IMG/VR virus record: IMGVR_UViG_3300014204_000112
Location: 96,001-160,000 of that record
Origin: a virus
Lineage: Duplodnaviria; Caudoviricetes
Length of the DNA stretch: 64,000 bases
Direction: 5' to 3' (one strand)
A model generated the notes under the pieces. The model was not told where the DNA came from. It worked only from the letters and a program-made list of their open reading frames with translations, and did no database searches. The position numbers and the translations under genes were made by a program. This document shows, piece by piece, positions 50,439 to 58,644 of this stretch (position 1 is its first letter; each line of letters starts with the position of its first letter).

Positions 50439-50520
50439 TACCCAATGAGGGACTCGAACCCTCACGCCTTTCGACACTGGTTCCTAAAACCAGCGCGTCT
50501 ACCAGTTCCGCCAAATGGGC
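50439..50520 (-). tRNA. tRNA-Leu(UAG)
   Basis: CTGGT-TTTAGGA-ACCAG. Confidence 0.85.
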
Positions 50521-50525
50521 ATGTG

Positions 50526-50609
50526 TACTCATAGTCGGACTCGAACCGACACGTCCATACGAACACTGCGCCCTGAACGCAGCGCGTCTACCAGTTCCGC
50601 CATACGAGC
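50526..50609 (-). tRNA. tRNA-Leu(CAG)
   Basis: CTGCG-TTCAGGG-CGCAG. Confidence 0.85.
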
Positions 50610-50614
50610 ATTTG

Positions 50615-50697
50615 TACCCGAGAGGGGACTTGAACCACTACGTCAAATTGACACATGGCCCTCAACCATGCGCGTCTACCAGTTCCGCCACCCGGGC
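50615..50697 (-). tRNA. tRNA-Leu(GAG)
   Basis: CATGG-TTGAGGG-CCATG. Confidence 0.85.
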
Positions 50698-50980
50698 AGG
50701 TGATTCGGTTTCGAGGAGAGCCTCCTACTCTCTTCCATCACCGTTATTACGAACGGTTAAAATGTCTCGAAGAGCTTTTCACATGCGCACCGTACTTCCA
50801 CTTTTTACATTTCCATACTTGTTATGCTACAGCTCCATTGAACATTAAAGGATAGCGTCCCATGCAACTCGAAACCCCCATCGTAGGTTTTTACTCTAAA
50901 GCTCGCAGAAGCTAGAGAGCCGTTAATTACTTTGGGATTTTGTTTGGATCTGCGGTCCAAACAACTTTACTTTTATCGTG

Positions 50981-51065
50981 CGGAAAATGAAGGATTCGAA
51001 CCTCCGGACCCTTGCGGATCAACTGTTTTCGAGGCAGCCCCGATCGACCACTCCGGCAATTTTCC
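50981..51065 (-). tRNA. tRNA-Ser(CGA)
   Basis: GCTGC-CTCGAAA-ACAGT. Confidence 0.8.
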
Positions 51066-51072
51066 ATGTACT

Positions 51073-51160
51073 TGGCGGAAGAGGAGGGATTCGAACCCCC
51101 GGACCCTTTCAGATCTCCAGTTTTCAAGGCTGGCGCAATCGACCGCTCTACCACTCTTCC
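51073..51160 (-). tRNA. tRNA-Ser(UGA)
   Basis: CCAGC-CTTGAAA-ACTGG; CCA encoded. Confidence 0.85.
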
Positions 51161-51176
51161 GAATTTTTTGTTTTGG

Positions 51177-51250
51177 TGGCAGTCCCGCCAGGATTCGAAC
51201 CTAGACCAAGAGAACCAAAATCTCTTGTACTGCCGTTACACTACGAGACC
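51177..51250 (-). tRNA. tRNA-Gln(UUG)
   Basis: AGAGA-TTTTGGT-TCTCT. Confidence 0.85.
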
Positions 51251-51274
51251 GTGTAACTTACTGTTGCTTTCTTT

Positions 51275-51724
51275 TCATGACTTCTTTCTTTTTGTATTTT
51301 TACCTGAAAAATTTGAAGTTTGGCTATGACAATTTGGGCATAGCAATTGTAAATTTTTTAATCGATGATTTTTAGAATTTCCATCTTTGTGATGTAGTTG
51401 GAGGTTAATTTCTCTGCCATTCCAGTTTGTTAGACCACATTCTTCGCATTCATCTTTTTTTATTTCTTCTTCTATTAACCTACGTTTTAGGTTTTTAGTT
51501 TGATAAGATGAATGTAGTCCATCTAAAATTTCAGAAATCGGTATTTTACCTATACCATCGATTTTTGGTTTTTTAGTGCCCTTTCCTCCTTGATTCTTTT
51601 TTAGAGGTACTGCAAAATCATTAGAGAGTTTCCATAATTGGTATCTATTGATCTTTAATAATTTAGCAGCTTCTGTTGAAGTTGGGGTTTGATGAATTGC
51701 GGCGATAAATTCAGATCTTTCCAT
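51275..51724 (-). CDS. HNH homing endonuclease
   Basis: CEECG, LQLHHKDG, NLQLLCPNCHSQT. Confidence 0.9.
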   Translation of the reverse strand: MERSEFIAAIHQTPTSTEAAKLLKINRYQLWKLSNDFAVPLKKNQGGKGTKKPKIDGIGKIPISEILDGLHSSYQTKNLKRRLIEEEIKKDECEECGLTNWNGREINLQLHHKDGNSKNHRLKNLQLLCPNCHSQTSNFSGKNTKRKKS

Positions 51725-51784
51725 TGCAAGAGTTTGTTTTTATTTATTTGCAACACTCTCACATTTTCAACACATGTTGATTAG

Positions 51785-51855
51785 TTGTTCCGGAAGGAGT
51801 CGAACCTTCGTCTAATGATCCAGAGTCATTGATGTTACCATTGCACCACGGAACA
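51785..51855 (-). tRNA. tRNA-Gln(CUG)
   Basis: AATGA-CTCTGGA-TCATT. Confidence 0.85.
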
Positions 51856-51957
51856 GTGTATTGGAGCAGATTGCGAGGTCGTTAGCCACGCTCCCTCGGC
51901 TTGGTGCCGCTATGCCACACGGTTGATCAGTTTCCGTATACACCCTTTCTGCATGTG

Positions 51958-52028
51958 AGCGGATGACCAGAATTGAACTGGCGTCCGAAGCTTGGCAAGC
52001 TCCTACATTACCACTATGCTACACCCGC
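51958..52028 (-). tRNA. tRNA-Gly(GCC)
   Basis: GGAGC-TTGCCAA-GCTTC. Confidence 0.85.
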
Positions 52029-52645
52029 GATTTGATAAATTTTGTTAGAACGTCATCAAACTCTTTGCCGTCTGACCATGGTATTCTAATTACTGTAATT
52101 CCAATGGATTTTAGATAAGCGTCTCTATTTTTATCTTTCTCTTGTATTTTAGAAAATCGATGCGTTCCACCGTCTATTTCCAAATCGATTTTATCTTTTT
52201 CGAAATAAAAATCAAGAAAATACATTGTCTTTTTGCCGGTAACAGTAATTGGATATTCTTTAACAAAGTCTATGCAATTAGCGTCTTTCAATTTTCTTTC
52301 AGTATATTCTTCTGGATAACTTTGAAGATTTTTTCGAGTTTTCCAAGTTGCGTGAATTCCGTTATCAAACGCTTTTTTTGCAGATTCGCTCATTTTTAAT
52401 TTAGCTTCTTCTGTGTGAGTTTTACCTTTCATCCATGGAGAACGGCCGCTCATTAACTTTGAGGAACGCTGTAAGCTATCGTTAGTGTCCTTTGATAAAC
52501 CTTTATTCCATACAACTCTTCCATTTTTGTAACCTCGGTTTGGATCATGCGATTTACCATCTCCGTGATTTTTCCAAATATGCGTTCCTAACCCGTATCT
52601 AGAATAAGCTTTACCACAATATGGACAATTTTCGGTTTTAAGCAT
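52019..52645 (-). CDS. DUF559/Vsr-like putative homing endonuclease (NUMOD3)
   Basis: SYPE, YFLDF, LEIDGGTH, RDAYL. Confidence 0.8.
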   Translation of the reverse strand: MLKTENCPYCGKAYSRYGLGTHIWKNHGDGKSHDPNRGYKNGRVVWNKGLSKDTNDSLQRSSKLMSGRSPWMKGKTHTEEAKLKMSESAKKAFDNGIHATWKTRKNLQSYPEEYTERKLKDANCIDFVKEYPITVTGKKTMYFLDFYFEKDKIDLEIDGGTHRFSKIQEKDKNRDAYLKSIGITVIRIPWSDGKEFDDVLTKFIKSRV

Positions 52646-52689
52646 GGCGTTTTATTTTATTTATACAACGCCATGCTCTACCAGTTTAG

Positions 52690-52882
52690 TTAATCGTTTC
52701 GTAATTGGACTTCTGTTTCTCATCTAACATTTATCTTAGCCTCAACCCGACTATCATTGAATTGCTGACCTTCTAAGTCTGTTTGAGTTGCACCAATGTC
52801 GTATAACGTCTTTCGACTTCAACAACCAGCAAAGGTGGCACCAATTTCCTCAGTTTCCCGCGTTAGATACTTTCGCCTAATG
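52690..52882 (-). ncRNA. rnpB: minimal RNase P RNA (catalytic domain only)
   Basis: GAGGAAAUUGG and ACAGAAGUCCAAUUAC form a covaried P4; P2 AUCUAAC/GUUAGAU; AGAUAAAU J18/2; P6 GCUG/CAGC. Confidence 0.7.
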
Positions 52883-52885
52883 TTC

Positions 52886-52961
52886 TGGAGCTAAAGTCGA
52901 GATTCGAACTCGAGACCTTCTCAATACCAATGAGATGCTCTACCTACTGAGCTACTTCAGC
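52886..52961 (-). tRNA. tRNA-Thr(GGU)
   Basis: TCTCA-TTGGTAT-TGAGA; CCA encoded. Confidence 0.85.
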
Positions 52962-52967
52962 GTTGTG

Positions 52968-53049
52968 TACCCATAGTCGGAATCGAACCGACACTCCTTT
53001 CGAAACTGCGTTTTAAGTGCAGCGCGTCTACCTGTTCCGCCATCGGGGC
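52968..53049 (-). tRNA. tRNA-Leu(UAA)
   Basis: CTGCA-CTTAAAA-CGCAG. Confidence 0.85.
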
Positions 53050-53056
53050 ATTTGCG

Positions 53057-53143
53057 CGGAGAGAACAGGGCTCGAACCTGCACCGCGACGATGTCGCGGA
53101 ACGGCTTTCCAAGCCGCTGCAGTACCATTATGCTTACCTCTCC
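53057..53143 (-). tRNA. tRNA-Ser(GGA)
   Basis: GCGGC-TTGGAAA-GCCGT. Confidence 0.85.
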
Positions 53144-53149
53144 GAATTT

Positions 53150-53235
53150 TCCGGCTGCATTGCCTGCTATGCTACCTCCACTGATCATTTAAGCTAGCTA
53201 CATGGTACATGGACTTGAACCATGCTACACCGGCT
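53150..53235 (-). ncRNA. circularly permuted tRNA-like RNA
   Basis: T arm CATGG-TTCAAGT-CCATG precedes D arm TAGCATAGCAGGCAATGC; ends pair as CCGG/CCGG. Confidence 0.5.
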
Positions 53236-53238
53236 TCG

Positions 53239-53313
53239 TAGCGATGATCGGAATTGAACCGATGACCTTTGGGTTATGAAACCAACGCTCTTGACCGACT
53301 GAGCTACATCGCC
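53239..53313 (-). tRNA. tRNA-Met/Ile2(CAU)
   Basis: TTGGT-TTCATAA-CCCAA. Confidence 0.8.
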
Positions 53314-53963
53314 ATTAAATCAATTACCGTAAACTCATCATTTGAAATTCTTTTAATTTCTGAGTATTTAAGAATTTTCAAATTTTTAACAGCTTTCCAT
53401 TTTGCTAAATCTCTATCCGATTCTCTTGAATATCCTTTTATCTCAATGTATACATCGTATTCTGGTAAGTAAAAATCCGGAAAATACGTTCTATTTCCAT
53501 TCCACTCATACGAAAAACCAGTTACATTATTTGTCCATTTGATAGATACTAAATCTAACCATTTGGCAAAGAGTAGTTCCCAAGATCCTTTAAATTTAGT
53601 TCCGTTATAGTCGTAAATCTTACATCTACCTGAAACACTAGATGCTGAATATCTTTCAGGATGTCTTAATATTGCAGCCTTTATTTTATTGGACTGCTCT
53701 TTACGAGCATCGGGATTTTTCCATTTAATTAGATTTCGTTCTCGAGTTTTATTTCCTATTCGTTTTCTTCCTTCTAATTCTTTAGCGGATGGAACGTATT
53801 CAATATTTAATTTTTTAGCTTTTGTGTATTGATTATTGCGACCAATTTTACCAAATGATGGATGATCTTCTTTTTTCTTATTTGGATTTTTGATACATAA
53901 TCTTTCGTGCGAAAACCATCCCAATTGTTTGCATAATTTTCCGCAATACTGGCATTCATGCAT
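53304..53963 (-). CDS. PD-(D/E)xK putative homing endonuclease
   Basis: KGSWEL, YFPDFYL, YIEIKGY. Confidence 0.8.
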   Translation of the reverse strand: MHECQYCGKLCKQLGWFSHERLCIKNPNKKKEDHPSFGKIGRNNQYTKAKKLNIEYVPSAKELEGRKRIGNKTRERNLIKWKNPDARKEQSNKIKAAILRHPERYSASSVSGRCKIYDYNGTKFKGSWELLFAKWLDLVSIKWTNNVTGFSYEWNGNRTYFPDFYLPEYDVYIEIKGYSRESDRDLAKWKAVKNLKILKYSEIKRISNDEFTVIDLMAM

Positions 53964-54035
53964 AATAAGTAGGTTTTATTTTATTTATATGTGCATGAAT
54001 TCAAGCGCTATGCCAAGATAATAAATTGTTAATAG

Positions 54036-54121
54036 TAGCGGGAGTGGGACTTGAACCCACGTTCTCTTTCGAGTTAGGGCTTATGAGACCCCGCTGGTGG
54101 CCACCTCCAGTCGACCCCGCA
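54036..54121 (-). tRNA. tRNA-Met(CAU) with long variable arm
   Basis: GGGGT-CTCATAA-GCCCT followed by a CTC-GAAA-GAG arm. Confidence 0.7.
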
Positions 54122-54280
54122 ATGTTCCTTGAATAACTTTGGTCAACCACTCGCTACCCACCATTTTGTTAAAGTACGCATTGGTTATACCGCCCTGTTC
54201 AGATTTTACTGCATGAGGACTCCCAAGTTCACGTACTATTAACTCCGTGCCAAAGCCTTGTCCGTTGTAAGTCATTCGTG

Positions 54281-54353
54281 TGGAGAAAGACGGATTCGAA
54301 CCGCCGACGCAAAGATCTTCAGTCTTTCGCTCTACCATCTGAGCTATATCTCC
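54281..54353 (-). tRNA. tRNA-Phe(GAA)
   Basis: AAAGA-CTGAAGA-TCTTT. Confidence 0.85.
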
Positions 54354-54504
54354 AGGTTATTAGGAAGCGACCTCGATTTTCTCGATTCGACTCGAGCTGA
54401 TGCATTGCTTGACCACAGCTCCGCACATTCACGGTCAAATGAATGCGGCTTATAGGTCCGAGGCGTAAGCGCCAACTACCTTCTACCGACTTCCTAATTT
54501 CGTT

Positions 54505-54582
54505 TGGTGCTCCCTACAGGATTCGAACCTATGACATCTTGCTTGTAAGGCAAGCGCTCTGAACCGACTGAGCTAAGAGAGC
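54505..54582 (-). tRNA. tRNA-Val(UAC)
   Basis: CTTGC-CTTACAA-GCAAG; CCA encoded. Confidence 0.85.
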
Positions 54583-54591
54583 AAGTTAGTG

Positions 54592-54665
54592 TGATCGTAG
54601 CGGGAGTTGAACCTGCGACCTTTACCATGTCAAGGTAACACTCTAACCAACTGAGCTATACGATC
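54592..54665 (-). tRNA. tRNA-Val(GAC)
   Basis: TTACC-TTGACAT-GGTAA. Confidence 0.85.
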
Positions 54666-55293
54666 ATTTTCGACCAGCGTGCCAACCGTTTTGCAAGTAT
54701 TGTTCTAGCTGATCACTTTTTATTTTTTTAGTACTACAATCGTTAGATACCCATACTGTTCCAAATTGAGAATTGTTTGAACCTTTCTGTTTAATAGAAT
54801 TCATTGATCCGATTTTATCTTTAGTTTCAGCAGTATGATTTTTTCCTACAAAAGTATCGTACTTAATTTTTCCTTTAGTGTGAGACTTTTGCAATCTAAC
54901 TGAACTTCGTTTGCTTTGGTCTTCTCTGTATTCTGGATCTTTCCACTTTTTCAACAACCAATCAGTTGCTCCTTTGTGCAATTTTATTTCATGATCAGAA
55001 TTACATAATCCTCCACCTCCACCTGGTTGTAAATTCATGCACATCTTGTCATTCAGGAGATCTTCGTTTATTAGTTGATATTCTCTATTCTTTAATGCTT
55101 CTCTGTTCTCCAGGAACTCCAGAATCTCTTTGGTGTGATTTTGTTTGCCGTATTTATGAATAGAATACCTCAATCTTCTACCGCTTCCCATATACCCATC
55201 ATTTAAGTTCGAAGTCGAATGCATTCCGATGTAGTATCTACCGGTTACATTACATGTGATCTTGTAAATGTAGTGAATTTGTTTTTTTGGCAT
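54664..55293 (-). CDS. GIY-YIG homing endonuclease
   Basis: YIYKITC...YYIGMH, YMGSG. Confidence 0.9.
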   Translation of the reverse strand: MPKKQIHYIYKITCNVTGRYYIGMHSTSNLNDGYMGSGRRLRYSIHKYGKQNHTKEILEFLENREALKNREYQLINEDLLNDKMCMNLQPGGGGGLCNSDHEIKLHKGATDWLLKKWKDPEYREDQSKRSSVRLQKSHTKGKIKYDTFVGKNHTAETKDKIGSMNSIKQKGSNNSQFGTVWVSNDCSTKKIKSDQLEQYLQNGWHAGRK

Positions 55294-55349
55294 TTTTGTA
55301 CTGAGCTTTTTGTTATTTATATGAGCTCAAGTACAAAAATGACCAGAGG

Positions 55350-55424
55350 TACCGCATAGGGGATTCGAACCCCTGAATCTCCAGGATGAAAACCTGACGT
55401 CCTAACCAGCTAGACGAATGCGGC
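55350..55424 (-). tRNA. tRNA-Glu(UUC)
   Basis: TCAGG-TTTTCAT-CCTGG. Confidence 0.85.
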
Positions 55425-55429
55425 ATGTT

Positions 55430-55543
55430 TGGAGGTAAGCGCTAGATTCGAACTAGCCACACAGCAGATTGCTCTGCCTCATTATCCGAAGGACTTCGAC
55501 CCTATGCATCAAATCGAAGCTCTTAATTCTGTGATAGCTTACC
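55430..55543 (-). ncRNA. atypical tRNA-like RNA with CCA end
   Basis: GGTAAGC/GCTTACC-TCCA acceptor; GCTAG-TTCGAAT-CTAGC T arm; non-canonical interior. Confidence 0.55.
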
Positions 55544-55556
55544 GTGTGTCTTCCAG

Positions 55557-55630
55557 TACTCCGGGGTGGGATTGAACCACCGACCTTGATCTTATAAGAA
55601 TCCTGCTACTAACCGCTGAGCTACCGGAGC
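55557..55630 (-). tRNA. tRNA-Ile(UAU)
   Basis: GGATT-CTTATAA-GATCA. Confidence 0.8.
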
Positions 55631-55639
55631 AAATAAGTT

Positions 55640-55710
55640 GGAGAGAAAATCGGTAGAGTTGTTTGTTGTAAAACCAAAATTTACGAAGTAACTCTTTCCT
55701 TTACTACTCC
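55640..55710 (-). ncRNA. Y-RNA-like #4: helix only, no tRNA domain
   Basis: GGAGUAGUAA..AGAGUUACUUCG / AACUCUACCGAUUUUCUCUCC. Confidence 0.7.
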
Positions 55711-55713
55711 TAG

Positions 55714-55788
55714 TGGATACATGTGGGCTTCGAACCCACGACCTCCTGATTGCAAAACAGGCGCTCTTGCCATCTGAGCTAATGACCC
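55714..55788 (-). tRNA. tRNA-Ala(UGC)
   Basis: CCTGT-TTTGCAA-TCAGG. Confidence 0.8.
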
Positions 55789-56417
55789 AAATTTCTACCT
55801 TTTATCCAACCAGTTGGAATCAGTTCGTTTTTTTGTATTTTCTTATTTACTGTTCCATTAGTAATCCACTGAGTTCCGTATTGCGAATTATTAGAACCCA
55901 GTTGACTGGTTGAATTCTTTAATCCTATTACTTTTTTTGTTTTATCAGTATGCTGCTTTCCTAAAAAATTATCAGTTTTTATTTTACCAGTTTCCCATGC
56001 ATGCTTCATATTTGCACTAGAAATATTATGATACTTTTTTCTAAAGGATTCATCGATTTGCATACGATTCGAAAAAGCAGTATTTCCAGCAGTCCCACAT
56101 TTTTTCATGTGATTAACATTACAAAATCCGCCGCTTCCGCCAGGTTTCAAATTCATACACAGTGGATCATCTAGTAACTCAATATTTACGAGTTGAGTTT
56201 CTCTATTGATCAAAGATTCTTTAGTCTCTAGGAACTCCAGAATCTCCTTAGTGTGATTCTCTCTGCCATGCTTAAGAACTGAATATCTTAATTGTTTGCC
56301 GCTTCCGAAATATCCATCTTCTAAATTTGAAGCTGAATGCATTCCGATGTAATATCTACCAGTTACATTGCATGTGATCTTGTAAATGTAAAAGATTGAT
56401 TTAGGTTTTCTTGGCAT
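55779..56417 (-). CDS. GIY-YIG homing endonuclease
   Basis: YIYKITC...YYIGMH, YFGSG. Confidence 0.9.
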   Translation of the reverse strand: MPRKPKSIFYIYKITCNVTGRYYIGMHSASNLEDGYFGSGKQLRYSVLKHGRENHTKEILEFLETKESLINRETQLVNIELLDDPLCMNLKPGGSGGFCNVNHMKKCGTAGNTAFSNRMQIDESFRKKYHNISSANMKHAWETGKIKTDNFLGKQHTDKTKKVIGLKNSTSQLGSNNSQYGTQWITNGTVNKKIQKNELIPTGWIKGRNLGH

Positions 56418-56473
56418 CTGCCGTACATTATTTTAGATTATTTATCTAAGACAAGGTACAAAAAATGCCGGGG

Positions 56474-56547
56474 TGGAGATTACGAGATTCGAACTCGTGA
56501 CATCCTGCTTGCAGGGCAGGCGCTCTGGCCATCTGAGCTAAATCCCC
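56474..56547 (-). tRNA. tRNA-Ala(UGC)
   Basis: CCTGC-CCTGCAA-GCAGG; G3:U70. Confidence 0.85.
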
Positions 56548-56549
56548 AT

Positions 56550-56659
56550 AAGTAGAGAAAGTCGGAAGAGATAACAGGCGGTTTCGACACCGCGACTTTT
56601 GTTTAAGAGACAAATACTGGACTCCCAGCTCGAAGTAACTCTTTCCATTACTACTACTT
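56550..56659 (-). ncRNA. Y-RNA-like #5: helix in place of the acceptor stem, Lys(CUU)-like anticodon arm
   Basis: UAGUAA..AGAGUUACUUCG / CUCUUCCGACUUUCUC; UUUGU-CUCUUAA-ACAAA. Confidence 0.7.
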
Positions 56660-56661
56660 TG

Positions 56662-56738
56662 TAGGGTAGGTGGGCTATGACCCCACGTGCTCTTAATCCC
56701 AAATCAAGCGAGATAAACCAGACTCCTCTACTACCCTG
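56662..56738 (-). tRNA. tRNA-Pro(UGG)
   Basis: CTTGA-TTTGGGA-TTAAG. Confidence 0.8.
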
Positions 56739-57381
56739 TGATGTTATTTTTTAAGAATGTTTTTATTTGAGATTCCATAAGTTTGAAATTTCGGTGTTTC
56801 CATTGTATTCTTACAATTTTCCAACCTTCCTTTTTTATTATGTTATCTCGATTTACATCATATTCTTTTCTTTCCTCATGTTGTTTTCCATCTATTTCTA
56901 AAATTACTTTTTTATCAATGAATGCAAAATCAGCAAAAAATCTATTTACTTTATGATCTCTTATGTATTTTATTTGTTCTTTATTAAGAAGATCTATTGT
57001 AAATTGTTCAGCCCAAGACGGTTTCTTATTTAATCGTGAAGGATAACCATTATGTCTACCTTCTTTTGCTAATTGTTTTTGTGTATATGAAGAAGAACAA
57101 TTCCGCGAACAGAATTTATTAGTATTTGTTATTAACACTTCTTTTTCTTTTCCGCATACTAAACACGACATTATTTTTCTATCAATTAAATGAAGACCTT
57201 TTCTATTAGTTGACGTTCCTTTCAAAAATGATGGTTTTCCTAATAACGATTTACTAACCTTTTCGTTAATTTCTTTCCGTTTTTCTTTTGTACTAAATCC
57301 TCTAGAACATTTAGAAGAACAAAATCTGCCACTTCCATATTGACCATCATGTGGATTACCACAATTTTCGCAAAGTTTCAT
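56731..57381 (-). CDS. DUF559/Vsr-like putative homing endonuclease with zinc fingers
   Basis: GSGRFCS, SWAE, FADF, LEIDGKQH. Confidence 0.8.
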   Translation of the reverse strand: MKLCENCGNPHDGQYGSGRFCSSKCSRGFSTKEKRKEINEKVSKSLLGKPSFLKGTSTNRKGLHLIDRKIMSCLVCGKEKEVLITNTNKFCSRNCSSSYTQKQLAKEGRHNGYPSRLNKKPSWAEQFTIDLLNKEQIKYIRDHKVNRFFADFAFIDKKVILEIDGKQHEERKEYDVNRDNIIKKEGWKIVRIQWKHRNFKLMESQIKTFLKNNITG

Positions 57382-57433
57382 AAGTTCGTTTATTGTTATT
57401 TATATTCGAACCTATCCACTTTTTTGATCCCGG

Positions 57434-57507
57434 TAGGCAGGGGTGGACTTGAACCACCGGCCTCTTCCTTATCAGAGAAGCGCTCTAACCAACTGAGCTA
57501 CATGCCC
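57434..57507 (-). tRNA. tRNA-Ile(GAU)
   Basis: CTTCT-CTGATAA-GGAAG. Confidence 0.85.
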
Positions 57508-57848
57508 GTATATGAAGCAACGATTTTCCATGTCAGTAGGACGTTGCCAACCTATCCAGCTTACGATCTGGCTCGCCGTTTGACCTTGCGGTCAGGGAAA
57601 GCGAGGAACTACGACCCGGTGGCCTGCCGGTACATCGAGCCTTTAGACGGATTCGAACCGCCGACTCCTCAACTACACCGTATGGTCTTGATTCGTGTAC
57701 ACTCCTCTTGATTTTCAGGTTCGTCTACCTCGAATCTCCTGGTTATCCATTCAAGTTGTCTTACGTACGACGCATTGAACCTTTCGCCAAAATTTCCAAG
57801 GTCCGGTCCTAATCCGGACGCTCTAAGCCGCTGAGCTAAGGGGATATT

Positions 57849-58442
57849 TTATTTGTTAAAATTTATTTCGATGAATCTTTTTGTTTGAGTATTAGAAATG
57901 TTCCAACTTTTTGATAATTTCGTAATCCAACCGAATTTCTTTTCTATTGAATCATACTCATTTTTTCTTCTATTAAATTCGTCAGTTTTCATTTTTCCAG
58001 CTTCGCTTATCAATCTTTTAGATTCAGAAGTATGTCGTTTTCCTTTGAACGATGCAGCACCCAATCTTTTTCTTTTTGATAATGGAATTGGCCAACCCTT
58101 GTGTTTTCCTTCAATAACGTTTTTCTTTATTGATTCTCTTCTCTCTGGTCTGCTCCAAGCGTATTCCCAACCACCTTCTCCTCCAAGCTTGAGATTGTAA
58201 GTATCTTCTCTGTTAATAAAGAATTCATTTACTAGTTCTTTTTCTTTTTCTAGAGCTTCATTTTTCGTTGGAAAAACGTAAAGAATTTCTTTTCTGAAAT
58301 TTTGAATCCCATATTTTTTAATTGCCGCTTTTAACAATTTTCCAGAACCAAAATACTCGTCATTCAAATTTTTAGTTGAATGATAACCGATGTAAATTTT
58401 AGAATTTAAGCAATTTGTTATTTTGTAAATAGCGTAATACAT
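57849..58442 (-). CDS. GIY-YIG homing endonuclease (Seg-like)
   Basis: AIYKITN...IYIGYH, YFGSG, TYNLKLGGEGG. Confidence 0.9.
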   Translation of the reverse strand: MYYAIYKITNCLNSKIYIGYHSTKNLNDEYFGSGKLLKAAIKKYGIQNFRKEILYVFPTKNEALEKEKELVNEFFINREDTYNLKLGGEGGWEYAWSRPERRESIKKNVIEGKHKGWPIPLSKRKRLGAASFKGKRHTSESKRLISEAGKMKTDEFNRRKNEYDSIEKKFGWITKLSKSWNISNTQTKRFIEINFNK

Positions 58443-58487
58443 TAACCGTAGTTTTGATTTTATTTATATGAATCTGCGGTTAATTTG

Positions 58488-58560
58488 AGCTTCCTGTAGG
58501 CTACGACCCCACGACCCTCTGAGTACAAATCAGATGCTCTACCAACTGAGCTAAGGAAGC
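58488..58560 (-). tRNA. tRNA-Thr(UGU)
   Basis: TCTGA-TTTGTAC-TCAGA. Confidence 0.85.
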
Positions 58561-58570
58561 ATTTTTTGAG

Positions 58571-58643
58571 AGCCTCATACCCGATTCAAACGGGTGACCT
58601 ACTGAGTACGAATCAGTTGCTCTATCTGCTGAGCTAAAGAGGC
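58571..58643 (-). tRNA. tRNA-Thr(CGU)
   Basis: ACTGA-TTCGTAC-TCAGT. Confidence 0.85.
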
Positions 58644-58644
58644 A

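Noticed and set aside
51073-51160. Opal suppressor tRNA explaining the RF UGA codons
   Set aside because: Anticodon UGA reads Ser UCA; no UCA-anticodon tRNA was found in the window.
50253-51329. Short ORFs over the tRNA genes (also 47613, 52952, 54081, 57340, 61592, 62922)
   Set aside because: Chance frames across tRNA/ncRNA sequence.
57637-57845. tmRNA
   Set aside because: No Ala identity (G3:U70) or paired acceptor stem, too short, and no evident tag frame.
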